The translations under genes were made by a program, and so were the position numbers. Source: Polyangiaceae bacterium (GTDB lineage: Bacteria > Myxococcota_A > Polyangia > Polyangiales > Polyangiaceae). Taken from it: a stretch of 64,000 nt of DNA. Positions 29,054 to 38,896 of the stretch are shown one piece after another; position 1 is the first letter of the stretch; each line of letters opens with the position of its first letter. The DNA lies in the NCBI GenBank assembly GCA_044376115.1, contig JBILLK010000006.1, forward strand, positions 288,001-352,000, given 5' to 3'. A model generated the notes under the pieces. That model was given only the letters and a program-made list of their open reading frames with translations. It was not told the DNA's origin and ran no database searches.

Positions 29054-29989
29054 ATGTCCCGACCGATGAAGCGTTTGGTGAATGGATTGGGAGCGGTTGC
29101 GTTGTTGGTCCTGGGCTGTGGTCGCTCGGATGGGAAGGCCGTGGTGGCTCCTTCGGAGGTGGTGGTGCCGAGCGCTTTACCCACAGAGGAACGCTCCGCA
29201 GCGCCTGCTCAGCCTGCTTCAGCGGCGCTCCCTGCTCAAGCCGTGTCCAGCCGGGAGAGCCAGTTGCGAGCGGAGATCGTCACGGAACTGAGGAAGGCGC
29301 AACCAAACCTCGAGCTGCACCGCCTGGTGATACGGGGTGATTCCGCCGTTGCTGCGCTCGGTAACGCGTTTGATGGCGGCGATAGCGTCTCGTTTGTCTC
29401 CTATCGCTTTGGGCCTGGCGGCTTTCCACACAACGACGAGCCGAGGTGGCATTCTCACCGCCAGACTTATTCAAGTACGATTTCCCTCTGGACCAGAATC
29501 TATGGTCTTAAAGAGGTCGCTCCAAGTGCGGCGCTCGACGCTCTCTTGGAAGAAGAGCTGGCAAGCAGCGTGGGTGATGGTGTTTCGGTTACGCTGCAAG
29601 AGGTTGGCGCTCCAAAGCCCGACCCAACCTTCTCTCTGCGGCAGCTCGTACGCGCCACAACGTCATCGCTCGCGTGCGAAGGTGGGCAAGTATTTCTCCG
29701 CGATTACAACGACAAAGGGCTCTTGCTCGAGTTCTGTGTCAAACCCAGTGGAAGCGTCAGCGGCAGGGCTCGCTTGCCGCACATTGGAACGAATACGCTC
29801 AGTCCGACAGCTGGGCCTCACGTCGGTGAACTCGTAGACGGCCTGAGCTTGGCGCCGAATGGCGAGCTAACCGTCTCTGGCAATTACACGCTGACGCATC
29901 GCCCAGCGGTTGCGTCCTTTTCGGGGGCGAAGCCGTCCGTCACGCTTACGCTCAAAGGTAGCTTTAAGTTGATCGAGCCCGGGGGCTGA
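29054..29989 (+). CDS. Hypothetical lipoprotein
   Basis: Lipobox VLGC, Pro/Ala/Ser linker, 311 aa ORF. Confidence 0.65.
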   Translation: MSRPMKRLVNGLGAVALLVLGCGRSDGKAVVAPSEVVVPSALPTEERSAAPAQPASAALPAQAVSSRESQLRAEIVTELRKAQPNLELHRLVIRGDSAVAALGNAFDGGDSVSFVSYRFGPGGFPHNDEPRWHSHRQTYSSTISLWTRIYGLKEVAPSAALDALLEEELASSVGDGVSVTLQEVGAPKPDPTFSLRQLVRATTSSLACEGGQVFLRDYNDKGLLLEFCVKPSGSVSGRARLPHIGTNTLSPTAGPHVGELVDGLSLAPNGELTVSGNYTLTHRPAVASFSGAKPSVTLTLKGSFKLIEPGG

Positions 29990-30028
29990 GCGTCGTTAGG
30001 GGGCGTACTCATTGACCGAGTCCCTGGG

Positions 30029-30057
30029 GAGCGAGCGAAGCCACTCTTCGCTCGCTC
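30029..30057. terminator. Perfect 12-bp hairpin between convergent genes
   Basis: GAGCGAGCGAAG-CCACT-CTTCGCTCGCTC; no U-tract. Confidence 0.55.
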
Positions 30058-30071
30058 GCTTCCGTTGCGGG

Positions 30072-32162
30072 CTACGCCGCGCGGGGTGGCTGGCTCTGCG
30101 GCAAGTCGCGGAGCGCACCGATGAGCGGTAGGCTGATGCGCACGGTCGTGCCTTGGGTTTTCATGGTGTCGACCTTCACCTCGCCCTGAAGCGCGTCCAC
30201 GGCTGCTTTGAGCGCGCTCATTCCCACGCCGCGCCCCGAGATGTCTGAAGCTACCTCCTTGGTCGAGAAACCGTCGGAGAACAACGCATCCGTCAGCTGC
30301 TGATCGTTCTCTGCGGCCATGCCCAGCCGGGTTGCCTTCTCGCGGACGGCCTCCCAATCGATCCCGCGTCCGTCATCGCATACTTGAATGACCACACGGT
30401 TCTGCTCCTTGCGAGCCTGCAGCAGGACGGTCGCGCTCGACTCTTTAGCGCTGGCGACGCGTTCATCGGCAGACTCAACCCCGTGATCGACGGCGTTGCG
30501 TACGACGTGGGGCAAGGCCGCCCAGACCTCGGCGTACTCGACGGGCAGACGCAAACCGCTGGGGTCGATCAAGACCTGCACGTCTTTCCCGAGCCGTTTT
30601 GCGAGACCCTTGGTCAACTCGGCCAAACGTTCGAGTCGGCGGTCTGCAGGCTCCAAGTGCCAGGTAGCCATTTGGCTCGCGAGCTTGCGGCGGTCACCAC
30701 CATGCATGAGCGCCTCGAGCACGGTGGCCAGTTCACTCTTTTCGATTGTGATGAGATCGTCGGAGCGCGTCCCGGAGAGCGCATCGACTCGGGCGCTGAC
30801 GGAGCTGAAGAGCTGTTGCAGCTCAGCTGCCTCGACGGTCGAGACCCCGTCACCCCGCTCGGCCATGGCCTCCTCGATCTTGTGGCAGAGCTCTGCAAGC
30901 CTGTGAACCCCGAGAATCCCTGCGTTGCCCTTCACCGTGTGAATGGACCGCTTGACCGCAGCAAGGTCTGCAGCGGAGTTGCACGCGTCCTCGACCTGGC
31001 GGCCGAGTTCCGCAACCATCTCGCGTAGGCCGTTTGGATCATTGGTGGCCAAACGGAAGAGCGACAGGAGCTCGAGTTGTTCGACCTCGGCGCGCTCGCG
31101 AGCAACTTCGCTGGTGATGTCGGTGGCAACCAAGAGCACCCGCTCGAGCTTGTCCGCCTGCATGATCGGGCGATATTCGAGCGCAACGGTGCGTTGATCG
31201 ACGGTGGCGCGCTTGGGCAGCTGGTCGAGCAAGACCTCGATTGGTAAGAACGGCTCGGCGAGCTCCGGCCAGCCCATCGCCAGGCTCATGCCTGCGTGCT
31301 CATCGGCTCGCTCAATCCAGCTGACGAGCGTGTCGGTCGGGCCGATGGGGCCAAGCAACTGCGAGACCGCTGCCGAAGGTTCACTGCCCAAGCGACCATC
31401 GAGTTCGACGGGGACTAGACCCTGCGCGACGTTGTCGAGCACACGCTTGACGTCCTGGTTGCGCTGCTCGATCTGCCGCGCTGATTCCTGGAAGATTCGG
31501 GCGAGTTTCGCCCCGTAGAGCACGACGCCAACCACCATGAAGACCACGAGCACGACCAGCGCCCACTCGAAGCGTTGCATCGAGGTGGCTCGTCCAAGTT
31601 GCGCAGCGAGGCTCTTGCCCTGTTGCGAGCGAGCCTCATGCGCTAGCCGGCCGAGCGCTTCGCTGGTTGCGCCGAGCGCGCGGTCCATCGAGGCCATGTG
31701 TTTGCCGGCCTCTTCGACGTCGTTCTTGCGGAACGAGGCAAAGATGGTCCGAGCCTCACGCTCCATCTCGTGGAAGGCCACGTTGGCCAACTCGAGCTCG
31801 GCTGTGAGTCTTGCTGCTTGTTCTGCGGGGAGGCCGGCATTGACCTCTGCACGCGCGGCGATCAGCTGCGCGTCAAACTGCGCTACGTACTCGTCGAGCT
31901 TGCGTTCTTCCCCATCGATGTCCTTGTTCTCAAAGACGTCGTTGCCTGGGCCGTTCGCTCGCGTCGCGGTTTGCCCGAGCTCTTGAAAGCCCGCAACCCG
32001 TTCGGCCCAAAGAGAATTCTCGGCGACGCTGTCGCGGTAGTGCCCCATCAGCAAATGCCCGATGTAGACACTCGCGAGGACCGACAGGACGTTGAACGCC
32101 CCGAGCACGTAGTAGATGCGATGCCAGTTCGCCTTTGAGCCAGACTTCGTTTCGTTATGCAT
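30072..32162 (-). CDS. Membrane-bound CheA-like histidine kinase (2 TM with helical sensor, PAS-like, Hpt, HATPase; no CheW)
   Basis: Two hydrophobic segments; IHTVKGNAG; HVVRNAVDHG, DDGRGID, FSDGFST..ISGRGVGM. Confidence 0.85.
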   Translation of the reverse strand: MHNETKSGSKANWHRIYYVLGAFNVLSVLASVYIGHLLMGHYRDSVAENSLWAERVAGFQELGQTATRANGPGNDVFENKDIDGEERKLDEYVAQFDAQLIAARAEVNAGLPAEQAARLTAELELANVAFHEMEREARTIFASFRKNDVEEAGKHMASMDRALGATSEALGRLAHEARSQQGKSLAAQLGRATSMQRFEWALVVLVVFMVVGVVLYGAKLARIFQESARQIEQRNQDVKRVLDNVAQGLVPVELDGRLGSEPSAAVSQLLGPIGPTDTLVSWIERADEHAGMSLAMGWPELAEPFLPIEVLLDQLPKRATVDQRTVALEYRPIMQADKLERVLLVATDITSEVARERAEVEQLELLSLFRLATNDPNGLREMVAELGRQVEDACNSAADLAAVKRSIHTVKGNAGILGVHRLAELCHKIEEAMAERGDGVSTVEAAELQQLFSSVSARVDALSGTRSDDLITIEKSELATVLEALMHGGDRRKLASQMATWHLEPADRRLERLAELTKGLAKRLGKDVQVLIDPSGLRLPVEYAEVWAALPHVVRNAVDHGVESADERVASAKESSATVLLQARKEQNRVVIQVCDDGRGIDWEAVREKATRLGMAAENDQQLTDALFSDGFSTKEVASDISGRGVGMSALKAAVDALQGEVKVDTMKTQGTTVRISLPLIGALRDLPQSQPPRAA

Positions 32163-32243
32163 AAACCCCCAACTTGGTGCTTTGGTAAGCGGTTCCGCAG
32201 CGTCACTTCTGAAGCGAAGTCGTGCGTGGGCGAGCGCTTCGCG

Positions 32244-33683
32244 CTACGCCGCGCGTACGCCCGAAGGCGGCGCACTGAAGTTTGCGCTGGGCTCGCTCGG
32301 GTCGAGGACCACGCGGTTGCGACCTGCGGCCTTCGCCTGGTACATCATGCGGTCGGCTCGGTCGATCAAGGCTTGGGCGTTCTCATCGGGGAGCAAGCGC
32401 ACTACGCCGAACGAGGCCGAAACCGGAATGGCAGCGCCTTCCGTCGATCGGACGTCGAGCTCGGTAAGGGCGACGCGCCTGCGTTCTGCCGCAACCTCAG
32501 CGCCCGCGAGGCCGGTCGAGTGGAAGGCGAGCACAAATTCTTCTCCGCCCCAGCGGCCGACCAAATTGCCTTTGCGGGCGTGTTTGAGTAGGAGCGCGCC
32601 CACGGCGGCGAGCACGGCGTCGCCCGCGGCATGCCCGTGTCCATCATTGATGCGCTTGAAGTGGTCGACGTCGAGCAGGGCCACCGATAGCGCGCGGTTG
32701 TGGCGGTGGCAGCGCGCGATTTCTGCATCGATGCCGGCAATGAATGCCCGGCGATTCATCAGCCCGGTCAGCACATCGGTGGTCGCCAGTTGACGCGACT
32801 CTTCGAGCAACATCGCGATTCGAAGCGGACCTGCGAGTTCGCGCGCAATCACTTCGACCAAAGCGGCGTCGTTGGGGTGAACCGGGTGCCTTACGGCAAG
32901 CGCAACGTGGCCGATCACGTCCTGACCGAGCTCGATCGGTAGCACGATCGGCGGCGGACCTTCGCGATCGGCATAGGCGTCATCGTCCTCGATCGGCGTC
33001 ACGTGAACCTCTGCGTCGTAACCCAACGCCGCTCGTGCCTCCGCTTCGATCTCTGCGCGCACCAGCGGGTTGACGTGCAAGCCGAAGCGCTTCGGGGCCT
33101 CGGTAGAGACTGCCATCCAGCGATAGCTGGTGACCTGCGATACGAACTGCGACAAAAGGTCGAACAGCCGGTCGAAGTCCGCGCATGAACCAAGCGCGCG
33201 AATCTCTCCAGCGATCACCGAATCGAACAGTGCCTGATCCAGGTGGTCGGCGATACGGTCCCGCAGATCACCGGCTGATACGACCAACTCAGGGTTGGGG
33301 ATGGCGCAAGCAGGGGTGGCTCCGATCGCGCTGGAGAGCGCGCGGACCAGGTCTCCCATGCGCCCTTTCAGCACGTAGGCTGCCGCTCCCGCGCGGCCGG
33401 CCCAAAAGCGATTTCGCTGGCCATCCGGGCCACGCAGAATGACAGGTACGAAGCGTGAGTTGGCCTCCGATCGAAGGAGACGGCAAAGCTGCACGCCCGA
33501 AATCTTGGGCATCCATAGGTCAGCGACGACCGCTGCTGGTGGCTCGGTCAGCGCGAGGCGGCCCGCCTCGGCCGCATCCGTCGCTTCAATCACCGTGTAG
33601 CCCTGCATCCGCAACCGCCCGGCGAGGATGCCAGCTCCCTTGTCCTCAGGGTCGACAAGGATGATCGTTTGGCCGTGATTCAT
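32244..33683 (-). CDS. Receiver-domain diguanylate cyclase
   Basis: VADLWMPKISG receiver; TDVLTGLMNRR, DVDHFKRINDGHGH..GD, RWGGEEF. Confidence 0.93.
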   Translation of the reverse strand: MNHGQTIILVDPEDKGAGILAGRLRMQGYTVIEATDAAEAGRLALTEPPAAVVADLWMPKISGVQLCRLLRSEANSRFVPVILRGPDGQRNRFWAGRAGAAAYVLKGRMGDLVRALSSAIGATPACAIPNPELVVSAGDLRDRIADHLDQALFDSVIAGEIRALGSCADFDRLFDLLSQFVSQVTSYRWMAVSTEAPKRFGLHVNPLVRAEIEAEARAALGYDAEVHVTPIEDDDAYADREGPPPIVLPIELGQDVIGHVALAVRHPVHPNDAALVEVIARELAGPLRIAMLLEESRQLATTDVLTGLMNRRAFIAGIDAEIARCHRHNRALSVALLDVDHFKRINDGHGHAAGDAVLAAVGALLLKHARKGNLVGRWGGEEFVLAFHSTGLAGAEVAAERRRVALTELDVRSTEGAAIPVSASFGVVRLLPDENAQALIDRADRMMYQAKAAGRNRVVLDPSEPSANFSAPPSGVRAA

Positions 33684-33778
33684 GGTTCGTAGGGTGAAAT
33701 ACGTACCAAGGCGCGTCCCGAATTAGCGATATCCACTGTCAGCTGGACAGACCGTCAAAAATAATTCGTCCAGCGATT

Positions 33779-34492
33779 TCAGCGGCCAACAGCGTATTTT
33801 CGGACACACGAGCAACGCATCGAGTCGCTCATCAAGCGCGGGGTTACCGTCCACTCATCCTGCTGCGGTTGCTTGAAAACGTAGCTCTCATCCCACAATG
33901 CACCGTCTGCATCTCGAGCGACGAGCAGCACGCCATCCACGAGGTTGTTGCCGATCATGTGTGGGTGGCTCATGCCACCGTTCTTGTCTACAAGGTCGGA
34001 CAGGGGACGCTGCCAGCGGGCCTGCACGTCCTGCGACGTGACCTCGAATACGGTCAACACGTCCACCGACTCGGCCGAGGCGATTGGCGGTTGTTGCACG
34101 ATGAGCAACATGAGCTGTTCGCCGTTGTTGGCGAACCGGAGTTCAAGCCCGTAGCTGGGCCCAGCAATTTGAGGCAAGCGAACGCTGGTCCAATAGCGAT
34201 CGTCCCTAAAGAAGTGCAGCCGCCTTTGAAAGTCCGCTCCCAGAACGCTGAACTGGACGCCGCCGTGCACTGCGGTGTCCTGCGCCAACCCGGTGAGGCG
34301 GTGTGTTTGCATCGCCTGCTTGGCTGCAACCAACGAGGTCGCCCCGGGCGTTAGGCCCAGTTGCTCGGCCCCGACGTCTTCCAACTGCGTCAGGCGCACG
34401 TGCTCGGGCACACTGGTGCTGAAGTGCCCACAAGCCGCTTCAGGCCACAACGCACCGAGCAGCAGCAGAGTTCTCCAAAGCGACGCTCGCAC
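33779..34492 (-). CDS. Hypothetical exported protein
   Basis: Signal-like N-terminus; best ORF for the interval. Confidence 0.6.
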   Translation of the reverse strand: MRASLWRTLLLLGALWPEAACGHFSTSVPEHVRLTQLEDVGAEQLGLTPGATSLVAAKQAMQTHRLTGLAQDTAVHGGVQFSVLGADFQRRLHFFRDDRYWTSVRLPQIAGPSYGLELRFANNGEQLMLLIVQQPPIASAESVDVLTVFEVTSQDVQARWQRPLSDLVDKNGGMSHPHMIGNNLVDGVLLVARDADGALWDESYVFKQPQQDEWTVTPRLMSDSMRCSCVRKYAVGR

Positions 34493-34535
34493 GCCGTCTG
34501 TTGATGCGCCCAGTGGACCGGATGTTCATCCGCCG

Positions 34536-35375
34536 CTACTCGATCGTGATGCGGCCGAGGATGCTGTTGCCAATGTCGTGCGGGTAAAACGTGTACTCCC
34601 CGGGCGCGGTGACCTGCCGCACCACCGGGTCGAAGGCACCAGGCGGGATGTTCTGATTCCCGTGCCCAAAGCCAACGTCGGGATCGTCGGCGTGGATTTC
34701 GTGCGGGACGGTATCGGCGTTGAAGAAGTTCACCGTGATCGGCGTTTCGGCCATGTTGGGCAGCGCCTTGATCAGCGTCGGGAAGTCGCCGAAGGCGTTG
34801 GTGCTCGGCGGGTTTGACGAGAAGCTCGCGAGGTTCTCTGGGATGGTGATGGTGATGGTTGGAATCACGGTGACCGCAGCGTCTCCGGACTGCTCACCGC
34901 CAGGGACGGTCCCCACAACGCTGATCACGAACGCGCCCGTTTGCGTGTCGGACTTGGAGCTGAGGTTCAGTGTGACCGTCTCCGTGCTGGTGCCATCGAG
35001 GTTGACGCCGGTGGTGGCAAGCTCAGCGGTTAGATCGGAGGGCGTGCCCGTGAGCGACAACACCACCGGACCGACATAGCCGTTGGGAGCGATGGTCACC
35101 GTTGCTTCACCGCTATCACGCAGCTCGAGCTGGCTCGCGCTCACCGAGATCGCGAAGCTCGCCGGTTGCACGGGCGCACCGCCTTCGCCTCCTTGGTTCG
35201 AGTTGCCGGTGCCGGAGCCGGCGGTGCCCATCATCCCGCCGCCACCGTCCGCTCCCGAGCTGCTGGAGCTCGAGGTATTGCCTCCGTCCCCGTCGAGCAA
35301 TGAGGTCGGCTGCTTGCTGCAGGCCGCAAGCAACGTCAACAGGGCGGCGAGTCGGGGGCAGGGGAGTTTCATCAC
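34536..35375 (-). CDS. Lipoprotein with an Ig-like domain and a cupredoxin-like C-terminal domain
   Basis: Lipobox LAAC, Gly/Ser linker; VNFFNADTVPHEIH..APGEYTFYPHD..GRITIE. Confidence 0.7.
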   Translation of the reverse strand: MMKLPCPRLAALLTLLAACSKQPTSLLDGDGGNTSSSSSSGADGGGGMMGTAGSGTGNSNQGGEGGAPVQPASFAISVSASQLELRDSGEATVTIAPNGYVGPVVLSLTGTPSDLTAELATTGVNLDGTSTETVTLNLSSKSDTQTGAFVISVVGTVPGGEQSGDAAVTVIPTITITIPENLASFSSNPPSTNAFGDFPTLIKALPNMAETPITVNFFNADTVPHEIHADDPDVGFGHGNQNIPPGAFDPVVRQVTAPGEYTFYPHDIGNSILGRITIE

Positions 35376-35474
35376 GAAGCAAGGCTAACCTGCGTGCGAA
35401 GCCGCTCCCAGCGCCGACACGGATCCACCCGGGTATCCTACATCGCGCGCCAGTCGTGCTATGCGCCTCGCACC

Positions 35475-36809
35475 ATGATCGTGATGAAGTTTGGCGGCAG
35501 TTCGGTCGCAGACCACCCGCAAATTGAGAAGGTCCGCAGCATCGTCGCGCTCGAGCAGTCCAAAGGGCGCCGGCCGCTCGTGGTTTGCTCCGCGCACAAG
35601 GGGATCACCGACGCTTTGGTGAACGCCGCCAAGGAGGCCGCTGCAGGGCGGCTCGACGCCGAGGCCGTGATCGCCAAACAGGAGCGCGTTCGGCAAGAGC
35701 TCGGCGTCGCCGAAGCCGTGCTCGCCCCGCTCTATCAAGAGCTGCGGGACTTGCTGCGCGGCCTGTCACTGGTGCGCGAGTTATCGCCGCGCAGCCTCGA
35801 CTACGTGTCGAGCTTCGGCGAGCGCTTCAGCGTACGAGTGATCGCCGCTTTCTTTGCGCAGCTGGGGACGCCAGCCCAGGCCTTCGACGTGTGGGATCTC
35901 GGCTTCGTTACCGACGCCAACTTCGGCAACGCACGGCCCCTCGCGGGCTACGAGGGCAACGTGCGTGAGGCCGTGAACAAGCTCGATCCCGCGGTGATGC
36001 CGATCGTTACCGGCTTCATCGGTAAGACCGCCTCTGGCGAGGTCACCACCGTCGGCAGAAACGGCAGCGACCTGACGGCCACCCTCTTGGGGGCGGCTCT
36101 CGAGGTGAGCGAGGTCCAGATTTGGAGCGACACCGACGGCGTGATGACGGCCGATCCGCGCATCGTTCGCCAAGCTCGCAACATCCCCGAAATGCGCTTC
36201 GATGAGGCCTCCGAGCTCGCGTACTTCGGCAGTCGCATGTTGCACCCGGCGACGCTGCTCCCGGCGATGTCCGCCAACATCCCGGTGCGCGTGCTCAACA
36301 CCAACCGTGCCGAGCACCCCGGCACCGTGATCACGCGACAAGCGGTCAACGACAACCGCGTTACCTCGATCGCCTACAAAGAGAAGCAGTTCGTGCTCAC
36401 CGTCAGCTCGACCCGGATGTTCGGCGAGGCCGGCTTTCTCGAGCGGGTGTTCGAGACCTGCCGCCAATGCGGCGTGGTGGTGGACCTCGTGACCACGTCG
36501 GAGGTGAGCATCTCGTTGACCGGCAACGCGGAAGGCCCCATCCGCGCTGCTGCAACCAAGTTGGCTGAGTTGGGCGAGGTCTCGATCGATGACGGCCGTA
36601 GCATCGTGGCCGTCGTGGGCCAGCATCTGGCGTCGCGTCGCGGCATCGGCGCTGAGATCTTCGGCGCGCTCGCGCGCGTCGCGGTCAACGTGGAGATGAT
36701 CAGCTTCGCCAAGGGCTCGATCAACCTTTCCTTCGTGGTCAGTGACGCTGACGTTGGCAAGGCGATCGGCGCGCTGCACGCGGTGCTATTCGAGGGGCCC
36801 GCCTCGTGA
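35475..36809 (+). CDS. lysC: Aspartate kinase
   Basis: [39 protein letters not shown], two ACT-like domains. Confidence 0.95.
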   Translation: MIVMKFGGSSVADHPQIEKVRSIVALEQSKGRRPLVVCSAHKGITDALVNAAKEAAAGRLDAEAVIAKQERVRQELGVAEAVLAPLYQELRDLLRGLSLVRELSPRSLDYVSSFGERFSVRVIAAFFAQLGTPAQAFDVWDLGFVTDANFGNARPLAGYEGNVREAVNKLDPAVMPIVTGFIGKTASGEVTTVGRNGSDLTATLLGAALEVSEVQIWSDTDGVMTADPRIVRQARNIPEMRFDEASELAYFGSRMLHPATLLPAMSANIPVRVLNTNRAEHPGTVITRQAVNDNRVTSIAYKEKQFVLTVSSTRMFGEAGFLERVFETCRQCGVVVDLVTTSEVSISLTGNAEGPIRAAATKLAELGEVSIDDGRSIVAVVGQHLASRRGIGAEIFGALARVAVNVEMISFAKGSINLSFVVSDADVGKAIGALHAVLFEGPAS

Positions 36810-38851
36810 AGTCCCAGTACCAAGCGGATGAGGCAGAGGCTTTTGTCCGCTCAGCAGGCTGCCCAGAGCAGCTGGCCTTGCGCCTCTACACCTCGCGACT
36901 GATCGGTCGTGACCCGGCGTTGGTCCTGCACGGAGGCGGCAATACCTCCGTCAAGGGCACCATCCGCACGCTGCTCGGGGATGAGCTCGAATGCCTTTGG
37001 GTCAAGGGCTCGGGCTCCAGTTTGGACAAGGTAACGGCGCGCGATTTCCCAGCGCTCGACCTCGGCTATCTGCGGCGCTTGGTCGCGCTCGAGAGCCTCA
37101 CCGACGAGGAGATGGTCAACCAACTGCGCACGCATCTGTTCGACGCGAGCGCGCCCAACCCCTCGGTGGAGGCATTGCTCCACGCCTTCCTGCCGCATCG
37201 CTTCGTCGATCATTCGCACGCTGACGCCGTGGTAACGCTGACCAACCAACCGGATGGAGAGGCGCTCATCCGCGAGGCGCTCGGCCCCGAGGTGATCGTC
37301 CTGCCCTACATCATGCCCGGCTTTCCCCTGGCGAAGGCCGTGCACGAGGCCTACCAAACTCATCAACCGAAGGCCGGCATTCTGCTGATGCAGCACGGTC
37401 TTTTCACCTTCGGAGAGACCGCGCGCGAGAGCTATGAACGCCACATCGAGCTTGTGGATCGCTGCGAGCAGACCATCGCTGCGCGCCGCCAGAGCGTGCA
37501 AGCGCCCACGGTGGTTTATGACGCAGCTCGCGCGCGGCAGCTTGCGCCGCGGTTGCGCGGTGCGATCACCAAAGCGGCAGGCGTTTCGCTGGTGGTGGAA
37601 CGTCGCTTCGGGCCGGAGGTGCTGCAGGCGTGTGCGCTGCCGCAAGCACCCGCCCTTTTCGAGACTGGCCCGCTCACGCCGGACCACGTGCTGCGGGTGA
37701 AGCCCTGGCCGTTGTTCCTCTCAGCCGAGGCGGAGGATGAGACCGCGCTCGCCGCCGACCTCGCCCGCGCCGTCACGCGCTATCAAGCCTACTTCGAGCT
37801 TCACCGAGCGCGCAGCCCGAAGGCGCTCGCCCTGGATGCGGCCCCGCGCGTGGTGCTCGACCGTGCGACGGGCATCTGGGCCTTCGGTAAGAGCAAGCAG
37901 GAGGCGATGATCGCGGCTGACATCGCGGAGCATACGCTCACGGCGAAGGTCGCTGCGGACGCCATCAGCGGTTATCGCGCACTGCCCGACAGCGATCTAT
38001 TCGATATGGAGTATTGGTCGCTGGAGCAGGCCAAGTTGGGCAAGACCAAGCCGCGCCCACTCGAGGGCAGGGTGGTGCTGATCACAGGCGCTGCGGGGGC
38101 CATTGGCCGCGGTATCGCTGAGGTCTGCGCCGAGGCCGGCGCACAGCTGTTCCTGACCGATCGCGATGAGGCTGGGCTCGCGTCGGCGCAGTCGGCTTTT
38201 GCCGCGGCGCAGGTCCGCGGCTGTGTGATGGACGTGACCCATGGCGAGTCCGTTGAGCGCGCCTTTGACGAGTTGTTGGCAGCGTACGGGGGCGTTGACG
38301 TCGTAGTGGCCAACGCCGGCCTGGCCCACGTCGCCTCGCTCGAGAGCTTGGAGGCTGCGGACTTTTCACGCCTGCTAGCGGTGAACGCCGAGGGCACGCT
38401 CGCGACGATCGCGGCGGCCGCGAGGGTGTTCCGCGCGCAAGGCTTGGGCGGCAACATCATCCTCAATTCGTCGAAGAACGTATTCGCGCCGGGGAAGGAC
38501 TTCGGCGCTTACAGCGCCAGCAAGGCCGCTGCCCACCAACTGGCGAAGGTCGCGGCGATCGAGCTCGCGCCGCTCGGCGTACGGGTCAACATGCTCAACC
38601 CCGACGCTGTGTTCTCCCATGGCGAGGTGCCGAGTGGCCTTTGGTCCCTCGTCGGGCCCTCACGAGCGAAGAGTCGCGGTCTCGAGATCGCCGAGCTGTA
38701 CGAGTTTTACCGCGAGCGCAATTTGCTCAAGGTCGCAGTCACGGCGCGCGAGGTGGGCAACGCCGTGCTGTTCTTCGCCACGAATCAGACCCCAACCACC
38801 GGCGCTTCGCTGCCGATCGACGGCGGCTTGGTGGAGGCCTTTCCACGCTAG
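36806..38851 (+). CDS. Bifunctional class II aldolase / short-chain dehydrogenase (RhaD-SDR fusion family)
   Basis: LHGGGNTSVK, PSVEALLH, VDHSHAD, FDMEYWSLEQAKL; TGAAGAIG, NAG, YSASK. Confidence 0.9.
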   Translation: MKSQYQADEAEAFVRSAGCPEQLALRLYTSRLIGRDPALVLHGGGNTSVKGTIRTLLGDELECLWVKGSGSSLDKVTARDFPALDLGYLRRLVALESLTDEEMVNQLRTHLFDASAPNPSVEALLHAFLPHRFVDHSHADAVVTLTNQPDGEALIREALGPEVIVLPYIMPGFPLAKAVHEAYQTHQPKAGILLMQHGLFTFGETARESYERHIELVDRCEQTIAARRQSVQAPTVVYDAARARQLAPRLRGAITKAAGVSLVVERRFGPEVLQACALPQAPALFETGPLTPDHVLRVKPWPLFLSAEAEDETALAADLARAVTRYQAYFELHRARSPKALALDAAPRVVLDRATGIWAFGKSKQEAMIAADIAEHTLTAKVAADAISGYRALPDSDLFDMEYWSLEQAKLGKTKPRPLEGRVVLITGAAGAIGRGIAEVCAEAGAQLFLTDRDEAGLASAQSAFAAAQVRGCVMDVTHGESVERAFDELLAAYGGVDVVVANAGLAHVASLESLEAADFSRLLAVNAEGTLATIAAAARVFRAQGLGGNIILNSSKNVFAPGKDFGAYSASKAAAHQLAKVAAIELAPLGVRVNMLNPDAVFSHGEVPSGLWSLVGPSRAKSRGLEIAELYEFYRERNLLKVAVTAREVGNAVLFFATNQTPTTGASLPIDGGLVEAFPR

Positions 38852-38896
38852 CGAAGGGCTGGCACTTCTCCTTGGGGAAGTGCCAGCGCCCAGGCC

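Noticed and set aside
36806..38851. Assigning the symbol rhaD
   Set aside because: The family resemblance is clear, but no rhamnose pathway context supports that specific function.
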